Source: the human T2T-CHM13v2.0 reference genome, Homo sapiens
Reading direction: 5' to 3' (one strand)
Length of the DNA: 64,000 bases
NCBI RefSeq assembly: GCF_009914755.1
Contig: NC_060934.1
Shown in pieces: positions 25,635 to 39,785 of the stretch (positions are counted from its first letter, which is position 1; the number at the start of each line of letters is the position of its first letter). The notes beneath the pieces are model-generated. The model was not told where the DNA came from. It searched no databases and saw only the letters and a list, made by a program, of their open reading frames with translations. The position numbers and the translations under genes are program-made.

Positions 25635-27995
25635 ATAAGTTAGAGTAACCAGAAAGAAAGCTAGCTAATGTAATTAGACTGGATGGATAAGTCACCTTTC
25701 TCAAGAAGTAACAAGAGAGCTAAGATCTACACAACACTAACTTTTCCTCTGAGCTCCCTAGCAGGCAAGGTGAAAATGAGCCATGGTGTTTCCTTGCTAT
25801 TAAAAGCAAGCACATCCATGTTCATTTGAGGAGACAAACATTTTAGTAATTACCTTAGCAGTGAATCTGGGGGACTAGAACCTGTTTTCAGGTTAGGGAT
25901 TCTTTGTCATAAAGGCCAATCTTGCTATCTCAAAGTTTTTTTTGTTTGTTTGTTTGTTTGTTTTTTAAGTTAAAGTACCCAGTTAGTTATAGTGCTTTTC
26001 TCTTTTCCTGGTACTGGGGATCTGTCTAAAGGCACCAGGATTTGACACAGCAGACTGGAGTAGGCAGTGCTGTTTTTCCCTAGCCCTGGCATTCTGCTTG
26101 AGTCTCAACTGTTACAAAATGAAATAAATTGCGCTTGCTGACAGTTTATTTTGCATGGCCCCTTTTAGGTAATTTATGTCATCTGCATTACTCTTAAGAG
26201 TTAATGATTCAGTATAGAAAATAGTATATGGCATAAATTATAGAAAACAAGGCTGAAATGACATTGTGCTGCCTGGAGGAAAATCACAGCATTCAGTCTT
26301 TAGGCCATTAGAAGAGAGAAAGATAAATTAAAACACCAGAACAGAAAAAACAAGATGGGCTCTGAGATCAGATCCTGTAAGGCTGTTAAGTCAATGAGGT
26401 GTGGAGAAACACAGGACAGCAGAATTGTGAGTGTTCTTGAAACCACAGTGTTGATCAAATGACGCTCTTTTAAAAATGCCAGCTGTAGAACATTTCATGA
26501 ACTTTTCAGTGTGTGCGGCATTCATTCAGAATCAATGCAATATAGCTAGTTCCATCCCTGCATTCCGCAGAGATCTAAAGCTTGGAAGTAGTAGGACCAT
26601 TGAACTATAAGCCTTACCTCTTCCTCACCCCAACCTTTTTGGTATTTACATGTAGTTTTCAAATAGAAGCACAGAGAGTCCTAGTAGAGCAGGTTACAGG
26701 CTCAGCCCTGCTTCAAAAGGGTAGTTTCTTTTATCTGTTTCAAGTATAGATGGTCTGCATATGAGTTCATTTTTTAAAAAAGATTCCCACTGCTCTGTTT
26801 TTTCTTTTTTAATGGAAAACCACTTTTCTTTGTACAAAAAAAAAAAAAAAGTAGCAATAAAGCCATAAAGATTTGGACTTTATGGCCTAGAACTAAACCT
26901 CTAAGGAAGGGTCATCATTTTATTTTGTAGAAAAGGCCATCTTAAAAATGGACTTTAAAATCTGTTATAGCTTGAGCAGAACATTGGCCAGGAAGGGCAG
27001 GGAGACTTCACTGGGTAGCTGCTTACAGACTCCAAAGAAGTCATTCACCTTGAGGAATTTATCATGGCTCACCTATGGCATCTGCCTTTAAAGTCTCAAA
27101 ATCTGGATTTTGTCAGCACCACAACAGTGGAACTAATGATCTGGGGTTGAATCATTTTAACCCAATCTAAGAGAGACTAATGTAAAAGCCAAAGGCCAAG
27201 CAATTTGTTAACATGATGAGAAATAGAAATGTCACATGAACCAGAGCTCTCAAACAGATATGACTAAAGCATTCTCGCCTGTAGACAAATCTACATGAAA
27301 CGCCAAAAGAGACTCCAAAGGCAAAAGACTAAAGAACAATTCCTTGTCTTGAATGATTCTCAGAAATAATTGATCAAGCGTGTTCACTTTTTGTTGCCAA
27401 TGTCCACGATCCCTGAATCCCAACCTTCTAGTGAGGAAAGCTTTCACACAACGGCAACCCAAGATAATTTCATCCACCCAGGCCCCTCTCCCCCGTGTTG
27501 AGTTCAGTAGGGAGAGGAGAATGGGTAAGTGTGGATTCTGGCTGTCTTACACTCCAGGGGCTGTCCCCATCAGCTAGGGTAAGTCAGACATGACTGGTTT
27601 TGACTAGAACAAGTTTCTGCCAAAGCTGTCCTATATCAATCAAGCAAAAGCAACTACTTTTATGGGGGTTTTGAGGGCATTAACTTATTTTACCCCTTAG
27701 CACTGGAGGCTGCACCTGGGGCTGCAGAGGAAGCCAGTCACCTTTACACATCTAAATACTGCAGCAACCATTTTTATTACTTCAAACTTTAAATCCTCCA
27801 TGCTAGTGCACGTTTCTAGCAGCCAACCTGCCCTTAGCAGTGACTGCATCTTACTAAAGGGAACACTGTTATAATCAGACTCATTACTTTGAATATTTCA
27901 TTTCTGCCAAACCACAATTTATATTATCACTTCAGAGAATCTTTTTGAGACTACCAGGGCTACAATCATCACCAAGGGCACATGTACACTTTTTG

Positions 27996-28404
<409 letters not shown>

Positions 28405-28749
28405 TAATCTAGCTCTCTTCTGCTCACACAGTCTCTTTCCCTACATGGTACAATTTGATTAGGTTTCTACTTAATAAATTACAATTACATGCCTGTCTTG
28501 TCCCCCTGGGGATAAACTCAGATCACTTTATGTAGAGTTGTGTGTGTCCTCAAGGTCTTCAAAGTTAGAGGTAGAATCATATTTAATTTTACACCCAGGC
28601 AATCAAAGCCATCGTATGTGTAGATTTTACCAATTTAACTCCCAGAGAGCAACCTCATTTCTCTGGTAGCTGCGTTTTGGGTTGGGTCTCATTATTAACC
28701 TGATGTCATACCAGCAATATTGATACCATTGGTGGGGTCTTGGCCACTT

Positions 28750-28940
28750 GTCCAGCAATTACGTCTCAGCTTCAAATCCATTCTTCTCTGGTCAACCTGT
28801 GGTGCTGAGGTTGGACTCTGCAAAAGCATTTCTTCTTGATCTGCTGGCTGCCTGCTAAGTTTTACCAATATGGGGCTCTGGAGGGAGACCCAAAGTTAAG
28901 CAGTCTTTGCTCCTTCCCGTTTACCTGCTGATCCTGCTCT
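28750..28940 (+). mobile_element. LTR33-like ERVL LTR fragment
   Basis: 'ggactctgcaaaagcatttc...gctggctgcctgctaagttttaccaatatggggctctggaggga'. Confidence 0.5.
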
Positions 28941-29114
28941 CCTATTTGAAAAGGAAGCCACTCTCAGGTACGTGCCTCTTGGCTGATTGAAAGCAAAAGG
29001 TTTTATTACTTTTTTTTTTTTTTTACAGTCACCCTAAGTTTTATGAGTTTTGCAGAAAGCACCAAAGTTTGGGAGACCCAGCAGACTCGGAGCTAGAGCT
29101 TTTGGAATCTATGG

Positions 29115-29348
29115 CAGAGGTTGGCAAACTATAGCCCCAGGGCCAAGTGAAGCCCGCCACCTAATTCTGTAAAGTTTTATTGGAACTAAAGTTTTATTGG
29201 AAATAAGCATGCTTATTTATCTTTATATTATCTATGACTACTTTCACACTATGGCAGAGTTGAGTAGTTGTGACAGAGGCCATATGGCCCACAAAACCTA
29301 AATATTTACTACCCGGCTTTTATCAGAAAAAAAGTTTGCCATCTGTTG
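29115..29348 (-). mobile_element. MER58A hAT MITE
   Basis: TIRs CAGAGGTTGGCAAACT...AGTTTGCC; 'ggcagagttgagtagttgtgacagaggccatatggcccacaaaacctaaatatttact'. Confidence 0.88.
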
Positions 29349-30029
29349 ACGTAGAGGGTAATAAACCCTCACTGCTACCTTCACAAAGGTATTTACATCC
29401 TAGCTAATCCCTCTCCCATCTTCTCTGCCTCTCACAGAAGACCTGTAATTAAACCAATCTGAGACCAAATGGAGAGGTTCACAGTTGAGATGAGGATAAG
29501 GTAAAAAGCCCTCCATTTCACCCAAGAAAAAGTCGGTATGTGCAATTATTAATGGCTGTGATGATTCCAGGAGAAAGGAGAAAGAATGACTCTTTGATCT
29601 TTCAAAAGCATAGTCATCTCACTCAGGGAAGGCTTTTACAGCCAAGTACAGGCACTTTCATCCATCTCCCAAATATACAGCTCGATTTCCAAGCATCTGG
29701 CAGCTTTTTTTCTTTTTGGCCTCTTAAAGGGTAGACAGAAAGTAGAAACCCTCCTTGCTAATGCTCTCTCATTTCCCAGAAGCAGATGAAAATCAATGTA
29801 TCATTGCTTTAAAAAAATTCTGCCTGGATATTCAATTTGGGGCTGAGAAATGAGAAGAAAAGAACTCAGAGAAAGCAGAACACATGGTGATCACCTGTAG
29901 GAGCCTGAAATTTGTGCAGCAAACCAAGATTTCCACATCTGAAGAGGAGGAACAGCAATGTGCATGAAAGTGGGGCTCATTCGTCAAACATTCATTATCT
30001 TGGGGGAGAAAAAGATGAAACACATGTGT

Positions 30030-30031
<2 letters not shown>

Positions 30032-30069
<38 letters not shown>
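30032..30069. repeat. (AT)19 microsatellite
   Basis: Uninterrupted AT dinucleotide run. Confidence 0.95.
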
Positions 30070-30071
<2 letters not shown>

Positions 30072-30731
30072 ACATGTGTGCGTATACTGTCCTCAAGGAG
30101 TCAATAATCCAATATACAGGTGACAAATCATTAGACAAAATAATTATAGTATTATTTGATTAGTGCTGTAAAAAGTACAGGCTTTTTGGACACACAGGAA
30201 TAAATATTCTAGAAGGATTGAGAAGTATTTGCAAAAGCCATATTGGAGCTGTCTTTGAGATATCTGGGAGTTTGCTGGGGAAAACACAGACCAGGCAGAG
30301 GAAAACTAATCACTATTATCAGGATGCTTCCTCACTCCCCTCTGAGAACCACAGGCTTCCTGGGGAAACCCAAGCAATGGAAAAAAGGACCAAGGACTGC
30401 AGGACTCACTGGCTCTTCAAGGACATTTTTTGGCCACAAGATTCCTCCTGCCATCAGAACAGAAAAAGTGACACCTAAAGTCAGGCTCAAAGTAGTTCGG
30501 TGTGACAGAAATGTACACTGGTCACACCCTTGTTTACAGTGACAAGTCCTTTTCCAGACATCCATCAGCATCAACCTCCCTTCTCTCTGTGGAACAATTC
30601 ATTTTATTTCACAAGCAAAAAACAGGACAAGCACCCAAAAATGTCCATTTAACTCCAGCGTGTCCCCAGAAGGTGTTTGTCTTCTCCGAATTCATCTCCC
30701 ACCTTCTGTTCTTGACATTCATTGGCTGAAG

Positions 30732-30920
30732 CAGTGATTTGCCAAGCGCAGTTCCTGGTTTAGCAGCTTCAGTAGCACTTGGGACCTTATTAGAAATGCA
30801 GATTCTCAGAACACATCTCAAACCTCCTGAACTAGAAATTCTGGAGTTGGGGACCAGCAATCTGTGTTTTAACAAATTCTCCAGGGGATTCCAATGCACA
30901 CTCAAGTTTGAAACTACCAG
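30732..30920 (+). mobile_element. MER5A hAT MITE
   Basis: 'gcagcttcagtagcacttgggaccttattagaaatgcagattctc...agcaatctgtgttttaacaaattctccaggggattc...aagtttgaaactacc'. Confidence 0.88.
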
Positions 30921-31176
30921 GCTAAACAGTTATTGATGCCACAAATACTGCTCAGAATTTTAAAGGGTCTCTTCTTTATGATTACTTCAAAAGAATACAG
31001 GCATCACTGGGTGGCCTAATGTGTAGACTGGGGAAACAGGGTGTTAGAATGAGTATAGAATAGTAGCAAGTTAAGACAGAGAAGGAATTTACCACATATC
31101 CCAGCTCAGGGAAACAGATGAAAATACCTGTCCATGTTTTCAGGTGAGTGTGCCCTATTTTTAAGCTTCCTCTATC

Positions 31177-31452
31177 TACTGGGCACAGTGGCCCATGCCT
31201 GTAATACCAGCACTTTGGGAGACCAAGGCAGGAGGCTCACTTGAGCCCAGGAGTTTGAGAGTAGCTTGGGCAACACAGTGAGACCCCATCTCTACAAAAA
31301 AAATTTTCAAAATAGCCAGGTCTGGTGGTGGGCACCTGTGGTCCCAGCTACTCAAGAGGCTGAGGTGAGAGGATCACTTGAGCCTGGGAGGTAGAGGCTG
31401 CAGTGTACTCCAGCATGGGCAACAGAGTAAGACCCTGTCAAAAAAAAAAAAA
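31177..31452 (+). mobile_element. AluJ with a small right-arm deletion
   Basis: 'cacttgagcccaggagtttgag', 'gaggctgcagtg|tactccagc' (segment missing), poly-A tail. Confidence 0.9.
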
Positions 31453-31454
31453 GC

Positions 31455-32050
31455 AGAGATCATTGCAAAGTCCCAGACACTTGGAAGAGCATGGAGTTTG
31501 CTGTGGCTCAATTCCATAACAAGAGTGAGGAAGGATGGAAAAATAGGCCATAAAGGTAGACTGGAGCAAGATCATGAAAGGTTGAGTCCATCTCATACAC
31601 TGGGACTTTTATGTAATGATAACAGAAATCCACTAAAACTGTTTTTGCTATTTGAGCAGTGTGGTGATATAAGGAGATGATGGTTTCAGATTATTATTCA
31701 TTATTCAAGGTCAGGGTAGAGTGGCAGTGATGGAGAGGAACATGGAGGTTTATCACTTAAGAAGCTACTGTTAGGAGATGACAACCAAAATCAGGGACCC
31801 CACAAAAGGAATAAGGAGGAGTTGTCAAATTATAGGCAAATTTCAGGAAGAACTTCTAGGACATGGTACCAGACTGAGTGTGGAAAGTGTGGGGAGGGGT
31901 TATTAAAGACACTCAGCTTTCTAGTTTGAATGTGGATAGAAATAGTGCCGCTCATCAAGGTAGTAATACCAACAGGAAGAGGGTGTAGGGGAGAAAAACA
32001 AGTTTTATTCTTAATAGATGATGCTTATTGAGTCTGTGTGAAATTCACAT
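31455..32050 (-). mobile_element. L2 remnant
   Basis: 'gggactttttatgtaatgataacagaaatccactaaa...tttgagcagtgtggtgatat...taaagacactcagctttctagtttga'. Confidence 0.55.
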
Positions 32051-33213
32051 AGAAGTATTAATACCTAATACCATTTAATTTCTATATCCGTAAGGGTACA
32101 ATGCACACAGCAAACTCACACGGAGGTCTAATCTTCACTGCTCCCATCATTCCCATGACTTACACAGACATCTACCAATCTATAATCTGAAATAGTGAAA
32201 TTTAATGAACAGTAGATATGCTCTCTCAATCCAGGTGTGTCTATGCAACCCAGGTTTGCAATATGACTTAAAATTGAGCTGTAATGCAAAACATTTTACA
32301 TTTTAAGGCATATGTAGGATATTAATTTTTAAGTGATATTCCTAGTCAACTATTCAGATATCTGAGGACTTGGGCTGAAAATTAAGCCAATTTAAAACAA
32401 AATCCACTACACTCTCTGGCATCTCAAGGTTTTAAAGAATAAGAATTAGAAGACACTGCCAGTTACCTGACATGTGATGTGAATGTCATGCAGATTAACA
32501 GACAGCCCCTTTGCCAAGTTTTAATCAATAGTACTGAATTGAGAAGAAGGTACCAGTCCTGATAATAATGCTGTTTCCTCAATCTCTCCATAAACAATAG
32601 ACTCCATTTGTCTCCTCAAATCACTTTTTAAAAATTACTCATTCCTGGCATTCTGAATTTCTTCTGTCTGTGGTTTAATGAAGCTAAAGGAAATGTGCCC
32701 AGTGGTATAACCCAATGTGAGAAATGGGCCAGAGCCCATTTAGACATGATGCATTCCCACAAGTCTGGGAGATTCACCTCTGGTGCCAGAGTTTCCTCCT
32801 CTTGAAGAAATATAGCAAGTTTGTAAAAAATGAGATATCCTAGCAGTGGTCCTCCAAAGGAAGTTATTTGCTGTATTTTAGGTTTGCACCTTGACTCACT
32901 TAGAGAATATTTTCTAAACACATCCTGGTCAACCAGTGAATAATATTTAGGATGAAATGTTCAAGGATTAATTAGTGAGGAGAATGTAAGCATGAGTGAT
33001 ATCATCAGCTAATCAATCATTTGCATTTAACCAACCTCAGAGCTATTGGTCAGTCTAATAGGATTGGATCAAAGTCTTTTGATGTTAACCTCTCAATAAA
33101 CAAAAGGTCAAAGTCTGTCATTTATATTCAAACCCCAGTCCTGGGACAAAAAGGTTGAGGCTAGGGAAGGCAAGAGTGAGGCAAAATATTTGTATGCCTT
33201 TCACTGCAGAATC

Positions 33214-33593
33214 AGAAATTTTCTTGCCCATCCACACACATGCACACACACACACACACACAGCACAAATCCACAGAGCACACACCTGTGTGCACAGACT
33301 CCCTTGATGACAAGAGTGGTTTTGGCTGTTGTTGTGGCCATATGAATGAAGGACATATGGTGTATATTCCCAAAGAGAGTACTATCCTGGAAATAGGAAT
33401 ATTTTGTTATTTTTTGTTATTTTGTTATTCTCATTATTTTTAGGTAACCAGTGGCAATAACAGCCAAAATCACTCTTGTCATCAAGGGAGTCTGCGTACA
33501 CAGGTGTGTGCTATGTAGATTTGTGCTGTGTGTGCGTGTGTGTGTGCACGCGCGCACATGTGGATGGGGGGGTGGATGGGCAAGAACATTTCT
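33214..33593. repeat. Long inverted repeat (arms 33214-33334 and 33455-33593, 120-nt spacer)
   Basis: Core 33256-33334 matches the reverse complement of 33455-33533 at 73/79 nt; outer parts pair through (CA)n/(TG)n and 'agaaattttcttgcccatccac' / 'gtggatgggcaagaacatttct'. Confidence 0.95.
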
Positions 33594-34281
33594 ACAGAAC
33601 CCAAGAGGGTATTGCAGAAATCACTCTCCCAGATAAGTTCCCTTCCTCCTCTTCACACCCTCTCTATCAACTCAAAGCATGGCCACTGGCATTCTGAACA
33701 CAAGGCAAGAATCAAGCTTATTAGTATTCAGCATACTAACTGACTTTGTGTTATTCAAAGGATGCGCAAAGCATCTCATTCATATGGCTTAAACAATTGA
33801 AATTGTCAGGAACAGAATTTGCTGAATGGGATGAAGGAACATAGGGAGTCGGCTCTGGCTGCCGCTCTGGGTCCATCTCCCCACCAGGCAGTAGTCCCCG
33901 GAGCATTGGCCATCAGGGCAGCTTTACTGAAATCCCGCTCCAACTCTGGAATCTTGCACTATGAAGGGTTCTATTTACTTTTTCATATAGAAAACAGCTT
34001 CAAAGGGCATTTTTGGCTTTGGTTTTTCTTTGGACAACATAAAAGGGGAGAACAAAGGGAATTCAGAACCTTTTTTTTGCCACAGGCCACTCAGTCGACA
34101 TCTTAGTTCAGAAGTGTTGGTGAAGTGCTGGTCTGCTCCTCTGCATGCCCAATGCAAACTGCCCTTGACGCTGCAAGCAGGCTCCTAAAGCTGCTTTTTC
34201 ACAGAACAAGGTGGAAGAAGGTCCCTTTTCAGGGCCAGGAAAAAACTTAGTGGAGATCAAAGTTAAGAAATGTGTCTAAGG

Positions 34282-34850
<569 letters not shown>

Positions 34851-35399
34851 TATCATCGTTATCATAGAAACCAGCACTTAACTGTATAATTTCCTGATTT
34901 GTTCTATGACTACTTCATAAACTCCTTAAGGGCAACAGAATTTGTGCATTTAAAGAACACTGATCTTGAGATCAGAAGATCATGAGATGGGAGTCAACAT
35001 TTCAGCCAGGCAGCTGACCAACCAGGGGACCACTGCCGAGTCACTATGCCATCCTGAGTCTCTTCTATTATCTATAAAATGGGATAATATTTGTCTTTTA
35101 GCCTTTATAGGGTTGTTAAACTCCATATTAGGATTATTTGTCCTTAAGCCATAATGCATTATATCAATCTTAGTTATTCCTGTTTTCTCTATTTCACTCT
35201 CTTACCTTTTCATTTAGGGTACCTAACACACACTGAGGGCATAGCTGAGACTAATGGAATGGGAAAGGGAAGGGAGGGGAGGAGAGGGGAGGAACTGGAT
35301 GATTGCTTACTTGCTCAAAAAATGGTATATTTTTTCATTTAATAAAATGTACCTTAATCTACTTTCTATGGTTGGAATTGGTATTAATTTGCTACCCTG

Positions 35400-35880
35400 A
35401 ATATGAATAAACATTTGCTATATTAAATAAATGAGTGTTAACTTTACAGATCTTGTGGAAAGCTGCATCTAGGACCCTTTGGGAACTATTAAGTAGCTTC
35501 TTCCCTATGTATCCATAATCCCGCTCCTGAGAATTTGTCCTGGAGAAGTATTTTAAAAAAAGAAAAATAAAAAAATGATTCATAGTTGAAGTTGCTTACT
35601 GCAGTATATATAATACAAAACCACTGAAAACCACCTAAATGTTCAAACATAGGAGAATGAACTAGTAAATTAGAAGATATTAACTTGATGGATAATACTG
35701 CAGGAATTACTAATGAAAGTTGTGGCACTCAGCATTAGGCAAAGGCAGAACACCAAGTTTAATATAGATCATGATTATTATCTAATAAGCAGCCAGTTAT
35801 ATGAGTGTGGTGAAGTCACAGAGGATATATACAAATTTTTTAATGTCTTTTCAAGTTTTACATTGTTTTTTGTGATCAAT
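35400..35880 (+). mobile_element. L1ME-type 3' remnant
   Basis: 'cactgaaaaccacctaaatgttcaaacataggagaatgaactagtaaatta'. Confidence 0.6.
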
Positions 35881-37359
35881 GAAATTGAAAGACTGTCATT
35901 TTTAAGACATGTAGTTGTCAAGTCTTTTGGCCTAGGAACAAGAAGTTTAAAGAAAGACAGCTATCTTTAAGTTATTCATTATCTGAACTGGCCCAGCAAA
36001 ATGGCCAGTATGTCTTCCCAGTGGGGAATGGCTCACAAAATTCAAGTGTTAATTTATAATGCTTAGTAACTCCAAAAAATATCTGTATTTTAAGAGGAAT
36101 TTCAATTAGCAATCTTTTTCAGCCCCAAAGGAGGAGATATTGATCGAAAATAGAACACTGGAGTCAAAATTTGAGAGATGAAATAGAAGCTAACATGTAT
36201 AGAAACTCCCTTCTCTGAGTCCTCAAATATTTGCATATTTACTTTCTCAATGACTTCTCATGAGACAAGCAAAGCATTATAAATTATGTTTTTAGTATAC
36301 CTCACAAAGTCTGTGTTAACAGGCTGAAGGTCATACAGCTAGAGAGATTCTAATTGAACATAAAATTTATGGGGACAGTAAAATAACTTGGAAAACTGTA
36401 TTTGGTATAGTGTCAACTGAAAGGAAAAAAAACAGTTACACTGTAATTACTACGATGTAAAAGCATTCAGCTAATTTAGAAAGAAACATGGGGAAAATTA
36501 AAACAGTTTTGCAAGAGTGGTTAAATTAGGAGTAATTTTTTTTCAACTTCTTTTATTATTATAATATTGTTTTTGCAATAAAGAGGCCTATGCTATTTTG
36601 ATTGCACCACACTGCATGGTGTACTCTCACCCTGAAGAGACCTGGGATGCCCTGGCTTAAGCCATAATTATATTAAAAACGAAACTGAATAAATGAATAA
36701 TAATGATAACAATAAGAGATGCTGTGAATTAACCCTAATTGTCATGATGATTAGAGCAGCTATGAATTAAGAAGCCAATTGTAATTGTAATGGCCATTGC
36801 AATAATGACTTAGAAAATGAGTGCGTGTAAATGGATCCTGAGGAAAGGGGCTGGGAATATATGGCAGAAGACAAAGGCCTGTGCATGGAGATGGAAAATT
36901 ACAAGAGCATCATTCCCGCCAAGAGTGGATTCCAACAGAAGTATCAACCAGAGAGAATTCCTCCACAGAGTAGCTTGGGCTGTACTACAAAGGACCAGAT
37001 CTAGCTAGGAAAAGCAAGTATAAGACATCCCAGGTGCCCATTGATGTCCAGGTGCTGTAATTATGTAATGGCAGGGATGAACTTCTCCAAGTGGAAAGAA
37101 AACCACGCAACTGCCCAATAAAGTTGGCAAGGCTACACTCTGACACTCTACCCTTATGAGGGGTATGTGCTGGCTCTAAAATATGTGTAAAATAAACTCC
37201 AAATATAGAACTAATTCTTTGGATGGAGTGAGAATTCCCTCTCGGAATGACTCTGTATCTCTAGACCTGCAGACATGGCTGCTCAGAATGTAAACTCAAC
37301 AACTTATAACCCTATAGGCAACATGTGCTATGAGGAAATGACGTGTGTACACATGCTGA

Positions 37360-37600
37360 TGGTGGCGGTCATTAAGAACATGGATTTCAGAGACAGAGGC
37401 CTGGGTTTGAAGCTGCCCCTTATTAGATGTACTTATCAGACCAGTGCTTACCTTCTTTGGTTTTTTTCACCTGTAGAGCAGGGCCAGTAGTAGAACCGCT
37501 CTGACAGAGTTGTAATGAGAATTAAATAAGGTAATGCTTGTCAAGTTCTTAGCATAGTACATGGTGTACTTTGAGTGCTAAACAGTGTTAAACATTACAG
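37360..37600 (+). mobile_element. MIR remnant
   Basis: 'attaagaacatggatttcagagacagaggcctgggtttga...gagttgtaatgagaattaaataag'. Confidence 0.7.
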
Positions 37601-38064
37601 TTAATGTTCTTAGAATAATAAGATTAAGTGGTGTAGTTATTTGTAAATGAAAATTTTATTTTTAAGCAGAATTGCATACCTATTGGCATGCTCTTTTAAC
37701 TTTCTTTCCTAAGATTCTGCATTATAAATATTATCTTATTGTATTTGAGGCAGGTGACTGGCAATGTCAATTATGAAATGTCAAAATGAAGTCCTAAAAT
37801 GTCAATTATGAGGTCTTGTCTATTTCCAGAATAGATATGATGTGAGGAAAGGGATGAAAGTATAAGATTTTTAGAGTAGACAAGGTACCTGGTACCAAGG
37901 GATGCTGAGGGAGTTCACTCTTGTGACATCATTATAGGATAGGGAACCTTCTATTTTGGATCAGTAAGGAAATAAATGGCACTTATTAGAGGTATCAGTG
38001 TTTAACATATTGATCTACCATAAAATAATAATTACAAGTAAATAAACATCTAAGTATATGCCAG

Positions 38065-38290
38065 TAGTAACAGCTAATATTTATTGAGGGTTTACTATGT
38101 GTCAAGCATGATCCAAGATACTTTGTATTCATTACCTCATTAACAAGTCAGTGCTATGAAGTAGGTGATTGCTTATCCCCATTTACAGGTGAGGAAAATT
38201 GAGGCAGAGGAACTAAGTAACTCACTCAAAGTTGCAATAATGGAGTTGGGATTCAAGCCAGGCAGTCTGGCTGGAGAGTCACTCTAGGGT
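38065..38290 (-). mobile_element. MIR remnant
   Basis: 'atatttattgagggtttactatgtgtcaagca...ccccatttacaggtgaggaaa...gggattcaagccaggcagtctgg'. Confidence 0.8.
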
Positions 38291-38400
38291 AGTGATCAAG
38301 AAACAGTTTGTACAAACTTTTTCTAAACTGCAAAGACAACCCTACAAAGTAGGTGTTTTTATCCTTATTTTACCCAGCTTTACAGATGAGGAAACAAATT

Positions 38401-38645
38401 CAGTGGCATACCAGACTGTAGCGGGGAGATGAGAGTGGAAACAGTCATCCCTTTGGGGAAGAGTACTTTATTTTTAATGTCATCTAAAATTGCTAGTGTT
38501 TAGTGAAAACAAAAAGCAGATTGACTTTGATTTGCTGTTATTCCTTGAAATTTTCCAGATAATGTGCCCCCTTATTGCCAACGTCTAGGGTGGGCTCCTC
38601 CCCCAGCTCCTTCTTCCTCACCCAAGCCTCTTGTCATGCCATCAG
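38401..38645 (-). mobile_element. MER115/Zaphod-like hAT-Tip100 element inserted in a MIR
   Basis: Starts CAGTGGCATACCA; 'aaaaagcagattgacttt...gtgcccccttattgcc'; MIR sequence resumes after about 38645. Confidence 0.55.
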
Positions 38646-39785
38646 CTCAAAGAAATTGAATGACTAATATCACACAGCTTTTAAACGCTAGACCCCAGCG
38701 TCTGAAGCTAGGCTTACCTGGTTTTGAGGTAGGAAGGCACCACACTTGATTCTTCTCAATTAATTTATTAGAATCACTTGGGAAGTTTAAATATATATAT
38801 AAATGCCCAAACTCATCCCACAGACCAATTTAATCAGAATTCAGAATTCCCATTGAAGAAATATTTACATAAATATTTTATACCTCACTGCCTCTATTTT
38901 AAAGTGCATCCAGAATTAAGGCCTATAGCAACTTAGAATTTTATTCTGGTATTGATTTATCTTGTTTTTTTAAAAAAAACCTCTAGGTAAGACTCCTATT
39001 TAGAGACAATCACATATTGAATTACCTTCTGAGCTATGTCTCTAAATTCTCAGCCCTGAGATGGTTCCAGGCTAGCCTAAGACATTTGAGTATCTGGGAA
39101 TGGCGGACATGAGATAGCTTTTGTGCCAAGCAGCCCCTCTGGTAGAGATCCTCTACAGACTTTTAAAAGTGAATATAAAAAGCTGGCATATCAAATAGAA
39201 GCAGCAAAATGTAAACAGGACAGAGAGTTCCTTCTTCCAAAGACAGCCAAATACTGACTAGAGTGTTTGCATATCAAACACAGTTTAGTAATGCGTACGA
39301 ATCATTTCAGTCTATGCCACTGAGGCTATTTGTAGGGTTCTGGGAACAGAAAATTTTCCTGACCTCCCCCTATATTCACTCCAGATGCTCGGACAGCCGG
39401 GAAGCTAATATGACCTTTAACAACTTAATTTGAACAAAGCAACTTCTGACCATCCATGCAGGCCATCAGAGCAGATGGTAACACCAAGGGATACCAGTTA
39501 GAGCTTGGCTTTGGAGAAATCTAGAAAGTTTTAAAAACACATACAGTACTTCAAATTCCTGGCTCCTCTTAGCTTGTCTGATTCATAGCCTTCAGCAATG
39601 AAGAGATTTAAGTTTTAAAAGCTCCCACAATGTGATTCTGAAACATCAGATTTGGTTCACAGCGTGACAGAGGCTTTGGGCCACGGTGCAACTAGGAAAG
39701 CTTAGGTCTATGGACTTCAAAGACCTCCATCCCCAGCCTGCTCACCCAAACACCTGAACAGTTGCCATTAAAGTAACACCCTTTT

